Of a stretch of 64,000 bases of DNA, positions 33,701 to 42,226 are shown piece after piece. The stretch lies in NCBI GenBank assembly GCA_041750995.1, contig JBGSYG010000018.1, positions 18,218-82,217 on the forward strand, given 5' to 3'. The DNA comes from Pyrinomonadaceae bacterium (lineage in GTDB: Bacteria; Acidobacteriota; Blastocatellia; Pyrinomonadales; Pyrinomonadaceae). The notes under the pieces were generated by a model that had not been told where the DNA came from, made no database searches, and saw only the letters and a program-made list of their open reading frames with translations. A program made the translations under genes and the position numbers. Position 1 is the first letter of the stretch; each line of letters begins with the position of its first letter.

Positions 33701-35919
33701 CGGCGCTCGGTTATGTCGACGCCCACGCCGGCCACAAACTTTTTGCCGTTGGCGTCCGTCATCGGAAACTTAACTACGAGCCAGTGATGCGGCTGGCCGT
33801 CCTGCGTCGGCACGGTTTCTAAAATCTCCTGGGGTTCACCGCTAGTGAGCACCGACAGATCATGATCGTGAGTATCCTGGGCAGTAACAGCCGGCAACCA
33901 ATCGAAGCTGGTTTTACCACGGAGGAAATCGAGTTTTTGCCCAAACAACTCCTCGAAAGGCTTGTTAACGTAGACGTAACGTCCTTCCTCGTCCTTCATG
34001 AAAGCAATACTCGGACTGTTGTCCATGAAACTATGGAAGAACGTCTGGCTCTCGCGGAGGGCCGCCTGGGATCGCTGGTGCTCTGTTAAATCGCGCGCGA
34101 CTCCCTGCACACCGACCGGCTTACCGTTTTCATAGATGATGCGACTGCTAACCTCAATCCGAATGCGGCGACCGTCTTTAGCAATCAATTCAATTTCGTA
34201 AACAGTCGGCGCCTTGCTGTCGGCTTTCTGGGTAATCATCTGCCGCGCCAAGTTGATGTATTCCGGCGCGATGACATCCCCAATGTTCATCTTCGCGGCT
34301 TCTTTCCAGCTGTAGCCAACAATTCGCTCGCCGCTGCGATTCAGCGAAGTGAAATTCCCTGCGAGGTCGTGGGTGTAGATGATGTCGTTAGCGTTTTCAA
34401 CGAGCTCACGGTAACGCTGCTCATTCTCTCGAGAAACCTTTTCCGATTTGCGCGTCTCGGTAATATCGGTAGCGACGCCGATCACACCAATCACCTGGCC
34501 TTGCTGATCATACTGAGGCGAGTAACGCGTATTGAAAGCCAGCTCACCAACTTCCACCGCTTCGGAAAACGCTTCGCCAGCCATGGCGCGGCGAATGTTC
34601 GCGATGATTTGCGGAACATCACGATACATTTCGAACACTGACTGGCCCACCGATTCCCCCGCCTTGAGGCCCAGGGCCTTCAAGCCTTCTCCCTCAGAAA
34701 GCGTAAAGATGCCATCAGTATCGACTGCGAATAGCACGAGCGATGCGGAGCCAATAACTGTTTGTAACCGGGTTTCGGTTTCTTTGAGAGCTTCCAGAGC
34801 GCGTGTTCGATCGGTAACGTCACGAATCACAGCCTGCACCGCAGGTTTGCCCTGTAATGTGAGTGGCATGCCTGTAACTTCGACGTCGATAACTTCACCA
34901 TCAAGGCGAACGTGCTTTTGGACAATCAGTTTACTGGCCCGTCCCTCCTGCTGGATCTTTCTAACGCGTTGCTCAACAGAATCGCGAAAGTCGGGATGGA
35001 CCACTTCAAGCAGCGCTTTGCCGACAAGTTGGTCGCTGGTCGCGCAATAGAGGGCCTCGGCCGCGGAATTAACATAAACAAACTTTCCCTCACTGGTGAC
35101 CACAATCGCATCAGGCGAACACTCGACTAACTGGCGATAACGTTCTTCACTCTCTCGCAACGCTTCGGCTGCCAACTTTTGCTCAGTCACGTCGCGAACG
35201 ACACCGCGAACTGCAGTCGGCTCACCGCGATTGTTAGATTCAACGGTGATCATACCTTCGAGGTAACGAAGTTGACCTTCAGCGTTAATAAGCCAATGAA
35301 GCGAACGAACCGGTTTGTCGCTGGGATGATTTCGGGTCTCTTCAGTATCGTGCAAGCCGGCTTCAGTTCCGATTAGATCGCTGAGATGGACGCCGACAAG
35401 CTCGGACGCACTGCGTCCAAAGAAGTCGCAGCCGGCAGCGTTGATGCTGGTGATATGACCATCGATGGTGCGCGTGTAAATGATATCGGCGGCTTGCTCT
35501 ACGATTTCGCGGTAATGCTTTTCGATCTGGTGGCGTTCCGCAAGCCGGGCGACCTTGACGAGAAATCCCTCGTTGCGAAAAGGCACGTCGAGATAGTCGT
35601 CCGCTCCTGCGGTTAAACCTTCAAGGCCATCTTCGGACGATCGGCGCAGGCCGCTGATTAGCAGTACGGGCACTCTTGCCGTGTCAACGTGCCGCTTCAA
35701 ACGCCGGCACAGCTCGATTCCGTCGAGGACGGGCATGACCACGTCGCTCACGATCACATCAAGATCGTTGGAGAGCGCTAATTCAAGGGCGGTGCCACCG
35801 TCAGACGCGCGAAGAACTTCGTATCCCTCTTGCTCGAGCAGCTCGACAAGTAGAGACTGAACTTTTTCATCGTCGTCGGCGATTAAGACGCGCCGGGGCT
35901 TCAGTGAAGTCTTCGTCAT
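30781..35919 (-). CDS. Giant hybrid sensor histidine kinase: REC, multiple PAS, two GAF, PAS, HisKA, HATPase, REC
   Basis: 1712 aa. The N-terminal receiver is RVLIADDDE...SDVVMPVLDG. The H-box is GVAHDFNNSL. The ATPase G-boxes are GTGMPE and GTGLGLS. The C-terminal receiver is ILVVDDEE...SDLAMPEMDG. Confidence 0.9.
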   Translation of the reverse strand: MTKTSLKPRRVLIADDDEKVQSLLVELLEQEGYEVLRASDGGTALELALSNDLDVIVSDVVMPVLDGIELCRRLKRHVDTARVPVLLISGLRRSSEDGLEGLTAGADDYLDVPFRNEGFLVKVARLAERHQIEKHYREIVEQAADIIYTRTIDGHITSINAAGCDFFGRSASELVGVHLSDLIGTEAGLHDTEETRNHPSDKPVRSLHWLINAEGQLRYLEGMITVESNNRGEPTAVRGVVRDVTEQKLAAEALRESEERYRQLVECSPDAIVVTSEGKFVYVNSAAEALYCATSDQLVGKALLEVVHPDFRDSVEQRVRKIQQEGRASKLIVQKHVRLDGEVIDVEVTGMPLTLQGKPAVQAVIRDVTDRTRALEALKETETRLQTVIGSASLVLFAVDTDGIFTLSEGEGLKALGLKAGESVGQSVFEMYRDVPQIIANIRRAMAGEAFSEAVEVGELAFNTRYSPQYDQQGQVIGVIGVATDITETRKSEKVSRENEQRYRELVENANDIIYTHDLAGNFTSLNRSGERIVGYSWKEAAKMNIGDVIAPEYINLARQMITQKADSKAPTVYEIELIAKDGRRIRIEVSSRIIYENGKPVGVQGVARDLTEHQRSQAALRESQTFFHSFMDNSPSIAFMKDEEGRYVYVNKPFEELFGQKLDFLRGKTSFDWLPAVTAQDTHDHDLSVLTSGEPQEILETVPTQDGQPHHWLVVKFPMTDANGKKFVAGVGVDITERRQAEKALANQAEREAITHGISQAVRRTLETSEIFESAVRELGSYLAVDRCSLFMKDENARHLRNVAEYHAVGVKPAASDFALGDVASLAEAIGEKGVLVFNDAANDERIRTLYEKILKDADVQSIMYVAIRVGDEVPAAFALSTTREQRNWTDSDIALAKAVADQTGIAIRQAQLYQKAEATSTRESLVNRVSTALRASLSLPEVLRTATRELGQALSASRVYLHLYHPENPVSPVEHEFVASGCDSLGSLEISFEDPLGSSLLESEKPIMIANALIYEEGEPDFAASIRAEAARLKVRSLINFPVIVKGLFRGVLCIHQTDRIRYWSDDEAALVEAVAERLAIGIAQAELFEMVARGKQEWETTFDAMSDGIFIFDRNGRLKRVNRAGAMMENTEPRLLLGRKCCDILRSRAEEEGCVVEKAIERRQSATIEITPIGLNRPLLVSVEPVPDKDDKTIGVVCTARDLSELRKVQAVAREHQSLLTNILQSARESIYAVDTDGCFKWCNTATQTGLGYSRDEFIGRPLLDLVHESDRDMVSEKLAAALGGAAQTYEMRFFSPDGQLRYARVDNSPLVVDGQVTGVLGIARDITEQKEERERAARADKLRALGQLASGVAHDFNNSLAAILGRAQLLRRQLKDEALVRNLDIIQTAAEDAAATVRRIQTFARKAPAKEFEVLDVGSLLNDAVEITRTRWQNEARLRGLEYEVTLDAKPGQNTYGSASELREVFVNLIVNAVDAMPEGGKLDVSSERENGHLRLKFADSGTGMPEDVRQKIFEPFFSTKGAHGTGLGLSVSYSIIERHEGAISVVSEPGCGTVFTIDLTAHDTECTEENETNSLPEQNAISILVVDDEEFVRETLADMLEAMGHRVLIAESGQQAIQKLSEGEFDLVFSDLAMPEMDGWETAREIRKRWPEMNIVLVTGYGPGTTPPAGEAQLVNAIIGKPFDFVQVSNTIAQVCRERPALEHVNV

Positions 35920-36144
35920 ATTTCCGAGCGCAAGGGAACAGGGAGGGCGTCTCAGTGGAGGCAGAAAGACTGATTACTTTATCCGAAATCGCGTGTGTGA
36001 GATTGCCCGCTTGGTAGAGAAGGGATCGCAGCTAAACTACTGCTGCGGCGGCAGTATAACAGTGTTGGCAGAGACTTGTCATCACTTTATGGGCGGGGAT
36101 TGAGGGTAAAATAGTGTGAAAACCCCCATAAAAGGGCTCTTGCT

Positions 36145-37287
36145 TCACTTTTTCCCGGGCGTGGTCGATGCTCCGCCTTTTGCAAAGTAACCTGCGCGAT
36201 ACGTCAGCTTTAGGTTTTGCTTTCGGAGCTCAGGATTAACTATCTCGATCTGAAGGCGGCGGTAGGTTCCGTCGTGGGCCTTATTTGAGGGTGAATAGGC
36301 GATGAGATATTGCTCGCGGAGGTCTCGTTGAATTTGGGCAAAGGCCTCTCGCAACTCACGCTCGCTGTGCGGAAAGTAGGCTCGCCCGCCCGTCTGTTCT
36401 GCGATCTTTCGCAAGGCGCCTTCGTTTACGCCGAAGTTGTAGCTATCGCCAATGCCAATCGTGTAGATCAGCGCGTCAGCTTTTTGCGCCCGTTCAATCG
36501 CTTCGTGCATCTTCACCTGGCTAATCGTATCTTCACCGTCAGTGAGCAGGATGATGGCTCGTCGAGACTCCTCGGCGGCATCCGAAAGCAACTCATTAGA
36601 AGTCGCCCAGACGGCATCCCAAATCGCCGTCGATCCGGCCAGCACCTGGTTCTGACCAGAGATTGGTGGCGTTCCTCCCACGACTACGCCACCACCGATG
36701 TAACCGGAAGGCGGAACAAACTCGACGCGATCGATGGCCCGTCTCAGTCGATCGAGGTTGCCCGTGAATCCCTGCTCCAACGTCACGTCTCCAGTGAAGG
36801 AAACGATCGACGCTTCATCTCTTCCCGGTCGCATCACCGTCTCTAAAAATGTCCGCGCTGCTGCTTTTTCGTCGGGGAGGGTGCGCTCCTCGGACCGACT
36901 CGTGTCGATCAGAATTGCGGTCGAAAGCGGCAAGTCGATGTTCTGTTGAAAGGTGAAAATCTCTTGAGGCTTTCCGTCTTCAAGAATGCGAATGTCTTCT
37001 TGTTTCAAGTGGCCAATGAAACGTTTGTTCTTATCGGCAGCGGTGAAAAATATATTCGTGAGACTTGTTTCCACGCGGACGACATCATCTGAATCTTGCG
37101 GAACAGGCTCACGCGGAACAGGCGTCGGGCTCGGAGCCGGGGCGCCTTCGTTTGTGCGACGCGGACGGCTCTTATCCTGCGACGCTTCCTGTGTGATCAG
37201 GTGCGCCGAGACTGAGCTGCCGAGAAACAGCAGAGCAACTAAGCCGAAGAGGAGGAAAAAATTTCTAATTCTTGGATTCACTGCCAC
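36145..37287 (-). CDS. Secreted vWA-domain protein (VWFA-related acidobacterial type)
   Basis: The signal/anchor is FFLLFGLVALLFLGSSVSA. The MIDAS motif is LIDTSRS, and the tail is typical (YLIAYSP...YRRLQIEI). GTG start. Confidence 0.85.
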   Translation of the reverse strand: MAVNPRIRNFFLLFGLVALLFLGSSVSAHLITQEASQDKSRPRRTNEGAPAPSPTPVPREPVPQDSDDVVRVETSLTNIFFTAADKNKRFIGHLKQEDIRILEDGKPQEIFTFQQNIDLPLSTAILIDTSRSEERTLPDEKAAARTFLETVMRPGRDEASIVSFTGDVTLEQGFTGNLDRLRRAIDRVEFVPPSGYIGGGVVVGGTPPISGQNQVLAGSTAIWDAVWATSNELLSDAAEESRRAIILLTDGEDTISQVKMHEAIERAQKADALIYTIGIGDSYNFGVNEGALRKIAEQTGGRAYFPHSERELREAFAQIQRDLREQYLIAYSPSNKAHDGTYRRLQIEIVNPELRKQNLKLTYRAGYFAKGGASTTPGKK

Positions 37288-37291
37288 ACCT

Positions 37292-38320
37292 TTAGGGTCT
37301 TACGGCATCTGCAATCGCCTTATAACCCTGCTTCGTTCGCACTTTCATGCCACCCTGGCCATTGGCTAGTCTCACTTCGATGCGGCGGAAGCTGCCATCG
37401 TAGCGATCATTTCCCGGTTTATAGGTAACCAGGTATTGCGCGCGTAACTCTTTGTTGATCTTCGTAAACGAGCGCTCGAGTGACAGCATGTCCCCAGTGA
37501 AGAATGCTATGCCGCCTGTTTCTTCCGCGAGTTTAACGAGAGTGTTGTCGATCTTGTCCTTCACTTCACCGAGCCGCACACCCGGAACCGTTCCCGATAA
37601 ACCAGCCTTCGTCGAGATCACATAGATTGTGGTTTCAGTCCGCTGTGCGATATCGATCGCATCCTTCAAATCCGCCCGACTATAGGTGTCTTCGCCGTCG
37701 GTGATTACAACCAGGACGCGGCGGCCGGAAACGGAGCGCAACTTCTCGTCGCAGAATTGCCAGATGGCGTCGTACAAAGCTGTCTGCGTTCCGAGTTTCT
37801 TAACCCCGAAAACTGCCCGGTCCAGGAGATCCAATTTATCGGTGAAGTCCTGTTTCAATTCGATTTGATGATCGAACGTGGCGAAGAGCACGCGATCCCG
37901 TCGGGGCCTAACCACAGTTTGAATAAAATTCATCGCCGACTCTTGTTCGAATTTCAGTTTGCCTGCGGTAGAAGGCGACGTATCCATTAACACCGCTACG
38001 TAGAGTGGCAGACTCTCGCCCAAATCGTCGGAGAAAGTTTCGATCTGCTGCGGCAGCTTGTCTTCGAAAACAAGAAAGTCGCTCTGAGTTAACCCGGGAA
38101 CGAACTGTCCTTTCTTGTCGACCACCGTGATCGGCAAGCGCACGCGCCGAATAAAAGTTGTAATGGATGTTTGATCGTCGACTGTGATGGGCGGCGTAGG
38201 ACTCGCTTTCGGAGTTGCTTGTTGAGCGGCAGCCAAGCCGCCTGTGGCAGCAAAGCAACACAACAAGAGTGCAAGTTGATGTGCAAGTCTATAAGTAATG
38301 CGCGTCGCGACAGGAGTCAT
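37292..38320 (-). CDS. Secreted vWA-domain protein (VWFA-related acidobacterial type), paralogue of the downstream gene
   Basis: The signal peptide ends ..GGLAAAQQ. The MIDAS motif is LMDTSPS and the tail is YLVTYKP...FRRIEVRL. Its stop lies 4 nt before the next vWA gene. Confidence 0.85.
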   Translation of the reverse strand: MTPVATRITYRLAHQLALLLCCFAATGGLAAAQQATPKASPTPPITVDDQTSITTFIRRVRLPITVVDKKGQFVPGLTQSDFLVFEDKLPQQIETFSDDLGESLPLYVAVLMDTSPSTAGKLKFEQESAMNFIQTVVRPRRDRVLFATFDHQIELKQDFTDKLDLLDRAVFGVKKLGTQTALYDAIWQFCDEKLRSVSGRRVLVVITDGEDTYSRADLKDAIDIAQRTETTIYVISTKAGLSGTVPGVRLGEVKDKIDNTLVKLAEETGGIAFFTGDMLSLERSFTKINKELRAQYLVTYKPGNDRYDGSFRRIEVRLANGQGGMKVRTKQGYKAIADAVRP

Positions 38321-38603
38321 GATCTAAAAGCCAGTGATTGTAGTAGTTGCTGAAGAATTCGCTAATTAAAACCGCCGATTCGATGCCGCGGCAACTGCAT
38401 CTCGTTGCCCCCGGAAGGCTTCGCCGCAGCGGCGTCAACGAATACCCAAATATGAAAACATATCGGGCGCAACTAGCCAAGCCTACGCGACTTCTTCCCT
38501 CGCTTTGTCACCCAGGCAGTTTGTAGTTTGCAGCGCTAACGCGGTGATACAATGCGCGCGTTCCGGACGGCCTTCGCATCGTCACCACTGGGACACATGC
38601 TTC

Positions 38604-41153
38604 ATGTCTGATCTCAACCCTCCGCAAAAAGAAGACAGCCTCGCGTCCCCAGAACTTGTAGCTCACTATCGAATCATCAAGCGCTTAGGCAAGGGTGGAA
38701 TGGGTGAGGTATTTCTGGCGGAGGACACTAAACAACACAACCGCAAAATTGCCCTCAAAGTGCTGCCGCCCCACTTAACGACCGAAGAGGGTCGCGTACG
38801 TCGTTTCAAGGATGAGGCTCGGGCAATCCTAGCTCTTAACCATCCCAACATCCTGACGATATTCGAAATCGGCGAAACGGAACAAACCCACTACATCGCT
38901 ACGGAATTTATCGACGGCGAAACTCTGCGCCACTGTCTCTGGGGCCAGTCGATCAAAATTGATGAAGCGTTGGGGATTGCCATTCAAGTAGCAATGGCGC
39001 TAGAAGCAGCGCACGCGGCGGGAGTCGTGCATCGCGACATTAAGCCGGAAAACATTATGTTGCGTCACGATCGTTTCGTGCGCGATCGGTTCGTCAAAGT
39101 GTTGGACTTTGGTTTAGCAAAACTCACCGAGCACGACTCACGACTCCACGATCCGGAAGCGGTGACGATGACCAGTACCAATCCCGGCACCATTCTCGGC
39201 ACCACCGGGTATATGTCTCCGGAACAGGCACAGGGTAGCCCGATTGATGTGCGCAGCGACATCTTTAGCCTCGGTGTGGTGCTTTACGAAATGGTCGCTG
39301 GTCGTGCTCCCTTTACTGGCCCGACTGACAGTCACGTCAGAGTCTCCATCATTGATCAAGATCCCATGCCCTTATCACAACAGTCGGGACAGGTTCCACG
39401 GCAACTGGATCGAATAGTCGCGAAAGCACTGGCGAAAGATCGCACCAAGCGTTACCAAACTATTACTGACCTAAAACTCGATCTCGAGCAGCTGCGTGCT
39501 GAGCTCACTGACCTAAAAGAACGGACCGAGTCACTCCATGATGAATTAAGGCAGACATCAGCCGGTCGCGCGACAGGTGATCGAGTTACATCCGCAGACA
39601 CGACTCGGATTCTCACCAAAACAGTTGACGCCAAACCGCAGAAAGGATTTGTTCAGGCACACAAAACAGCACTGCTGATCTCGCTTGCTGTGATCATCGC
39701 CGTAATCGCCGGTGTCGTGTACTTCAAATACTCACGGCCGAAGATCACTTCGGTAGCGATCCTTCCCTTTGCTAACGATAGCGACGATCCCAACGCCGAG
39801 TACCTTTCAGATGGAATCACGGAAAGCATCATCAACAGCCTCTCGCGCCTCCCGGGCCTCAAGGTAATGTCGCGAAATGCGGTCTTCAGATTCAAAGGTA
39901 AAAATCCTGATCCGCAGGAAGTGGGAAGAAACTTAAAAGTGGGTGCGGTTTTGATGGGCCGACTCGTCAAGCTTAACGACCGTCTGATTATCAAGACTGA
40001 ACTGGTCGATGTTGCCGACGGTTCCCAGCTCTGGGGCGCGGAATACAACAAAAGTCTTTCCGACATTCTCTTAGTGCAGGATGAAATCTCGCGCACAATT
40101 TCGTCGAAACTCGAGCTTCGGCTCACTGGGGCTGATGAACAAAACCTGGCGAAGCGGTTCACCAGCGACGCCGAAGCGTATGAACTTTATTTAAAAGGTC
40201 GTTACTTCTGGAACAAGCGTGGCGAGGCTGGTCTGCGCAATGGAATCAAATACTTTCAAGAGGCCGAACAAAAGGATCCAAACTACGCGCTCGCTTATTC
40301 TGGTCTCGCCGATTCCTACGCTTTGCTGTGTGACATTGGCGTAGTGGCGCCAATCACCGAGATGCCCCATGCGAAGGCGGCGGCGCAGAAAGCGGTCGAC
40401 ATCGATCCAACGCTCGCGGAAGGCTATACGTCACGTGGTTTTATTAAACTCGCATACGATTGGGATTGGTTGGGTGCGGAGGCTGATTTGAAGCGAGGCT
40501 TGGAGCTCAATCCAAAGTATCCGACAGCGCACCAATGGTACGCCTCGTATCTGGTGCAGATGGGAAAATTCGATCTTGCCAAACAAGAGATCGAACAAGC
40601 ACAACAACTCGACCCGCTCTCGCCAATCATCAGTTCAAACGCGGGCCTGTACTCGTATTTCGAACATCGTTACGACGACGCGATCGTTCAGTATCAAAAG
40701 ACACTCGAGATCGATCCTACCTTCTGGGTCGCGCACCATTATCTCGGACTCGCTTATGCCAAGAAAGGAATGCACGACCAGGCCATCAGTGAGCTGCGTA
40801 ACTCTCTCTATTCCCCTGGAATTGGACCGTTGAAAGAAGGTGCGGTGGAAAGTGATCCGGAGATTGCAGCCTCGCTCGGATTTGCCTATGGGTTAGCCGG
40901 GCGACGGGCGGATGCCGAAGCAATTTTGAATCGCTTGCGCACCCTCGCTCAACGGCGTTACGTGTCAGGACTCTATTTCGCGATTGTCTACACCGGACTC
41001 GGCAATAAAGATCGAGCGATTGAGTATTTGACCAAAGCGTATGAGAGCCGGCATCCCGGACTGGTGTTGATTCGCGTAGACCCGATTTTCGACAATCTCC
41101 GATCCGACAAACGTTTTCAGGAATTGACCGCCCGCTTCGAGCCGATGCCGTAG
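38604..41153 (+). CDS. Ser/Thr protein kinase with TM segment, TolB-N-like domain and TPR repeats
   Basis: Hanks motifs GKGGMGEVF, ALKV, HRDIKPENI, DFGLA and SPEQ are present. The TM segment is LLISLAVIIAVIAGVVYF. Next comes SVAILPFANDSDDPN..LSDGITESII, then TPR. I placed the start at ATG 38604 (MSDLNPP); the track start is 38505. Confidence 0.9.
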   Translation: MSDLNPPQKEDSLASPELVAHYRIIKRLGKGGMGEVFLAEDTKQHNRKIALKVLPPHLTTEEGRVRRFKDEARAILALNHPNILTIFEIGETEQTHYIATEFIDGETLRHCLWGQSIKIDEALGIAIQVAMALEAAHAAGVVHRDIKPENIMLRHDRFVRDRFVKVLDFGLAKLTEHDSRLHDPEAVTMTSTNPGTILGTTGYMSPEQAQGSPIDVRSDIFSLGVVLYEMVAGRAPFTGPTDSHVRVSIIDQDPMPLSQQSGQVPRQLDRIVAKALAKDRTKRYQTITDLKLDLEQLRAELTDLKERTESLHDELRQTSAGRATGDRVTSADTTRILTKTVDAKPQKGFVQAHKTALLISLAVIIAVIAGVVYFKYSRPKITSVAILPFANDSDDPNAEYLSDGITESIINSLSRLPGLKVMSRNAVFRFKGKNPDPQEVGRNLKVGAVLMGRLVKLNDRLIIKTELVDVADGSQLWGAEYNKSLSDILLVQDEISRTISSKLELRLTGADEQNLAKRFTSDAEAYELYLKGRYFWNKRGEAGLRNGIKYFQEAEQKDPNYALAYSGLADSYALLCDIGVVAPITEMPHAKAAAQKAVDIDPTLAEGYTSRGFIKLAYDWDWLGAEADLKRGLELNPKYPTAHQWYASYLVQMGKFDLAKQEIEQAQQLDPLSPIISSNAGLYSYFEHRYDDAIVQYQKTLEIDPTFWVAHHYLGLAYAKKGMHDQAISELRNSLYSPGIGPLKEGAVESDPEIAASLGFAYGLAGRRADAEAILNRLRTLAQRRYVSGLYFAIVYTGLGNKDRAIEYLTKAYESRHPGLVLIRVDPIFDNLRSDKRFQELTARFEPMP

Positions 41154-41171
41154 CGCTTCTACACCTATTTC

Positions 41172-42140
41172 TTAGCTCTCCAAGACATCGAGCAAGTGCT
41201 GCAGGTCGGCCGGCAAGGGGGCCTGGAAGCGAAGCTGCTCGCCGGAGATTGGATGGCTGAGTCCCAACTCCGCTGCGTGTAAGAAGTGTCGCCCTAACTT
41301 GCGAATCTCAACTCTCACCTTCGAATCGCTAACCGTGTTGTCTCGGCCGCCGCCATAAACCTCGTCCCCAACTACCGGATGTTTCAAAGAAGCGAGATGG
41401 ACCCGGATTTGATGGGTCCTGCCAGTCTTGATTTCAACATCAAGCAGCGTGAAACGATCGAAACTACGGCGCGTCCTATAGAGCGATAGCGCGCCTCTGC
41501 CGCCACGCACAATTGCCATCCGTGTCCGGTTGCGAGGGTCCCGCGCCAGCGGTTCTTCGATCCGGCCGCTATCGCGCTCTACGACTCCATGAACGAGCGC
41601 AAGATAAGACTTGAAAACCTTTCGCTCGCGAAATTGATCGGCCAAATGCTCGTGGGCTATTTCCGTTTTTGCCACTGCCAGTAAACCCGACGTGTCTTTA
41701 TCGATCCTATGCACGATGCCCGGACGAACCGCGCCGGCATTCGTCGAGAGCTTTTCGAAATGATAAGCGAGTGCGTTTGCGAGGGTGCCCGTCTGAATTC
41801 CCGCTGCCGGATGAACCACTAAACCGGCGGGTTTATTTACGACGATCAGCGCTTCATCCTCAAAGACAATATCGAGAGGAGTGTCTTCCGGAGCAAAAGA
41901 TGTCGTTGAGGATGCGACAAGCTCAACTTCGATCTCGTCGTTTGCGTTTAGCTTATAAGAGGATTTGGCAGGCTTTCCGTTGACTAAGACTTCTTCGTCC
42001 GCGATCAGATGTTGCAGGCGCGCCCTACTCCAACCTTCAATCTGAGAAGCAAGGAAGGCATCCAGACGAACCCCTTCATTTTCGCGGTCCACAATCAAAG
42101 TGCGAGTTAGAGAGTCGATAGGCGGTTCGTGGGCCGTCAT
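41172..42140 (-). CDS. rluD: RluA-family 23S rRNA pseudouridine synthase (RluD-like) with S4 domain
   Basis: An N-terminal S4 domain (RLDAFLA) is followed by the catalytic HRIDKDTSGLL motif and HQIRVH. Confidence 0.88.
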   Translation of the reverse strand: MTAHEPPIDSLTRTLIVDRENEGVRLDAFLASQIEGWSRARLQHLIADEEVLVNGKPAKSSYKLNANDEIEVELVASSTTSFAPEDTPLDIVFEDEALIVVNKPAGLVVHPAAGIQTGTLANALAYHFEKLSTNAGAVRPGIVHRIDKDTSGLLAVAKTEIAHEHLADQFRERKVFKSYLALVHGVVERDSGRIEEPLARDPRNRTRMAIVRGGRGALSLYRTRRSFDRFTLLDVEIKTGRTHQIRVHLASLKHPVVGDEVYGGGRDNTVSDSKVRVEIRKLGRHFLHAAELGLSHPISGEQLRFQAPLPADLQHLLDVLES

Positions 42141-42154
42141 TAGCGTAGCCGACT

Positions 42155-42226
42155 GATTGCCGATTGTAGATTTTCGATTAGCTACTTTCGTTCAGGGCTA
42201 TTAACAATTGGCATCGTCAATCGTCA
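42155..42226. repeat. Short mirrored heptamer words: GATTGCCGATTGTAGATTTTCGATTAG versus CAATTGGCATCGTCAATCGTCA
   Basis: Read directly. It lies in the spacer between the rluD start and the serC stop. Confidence 0.7.
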
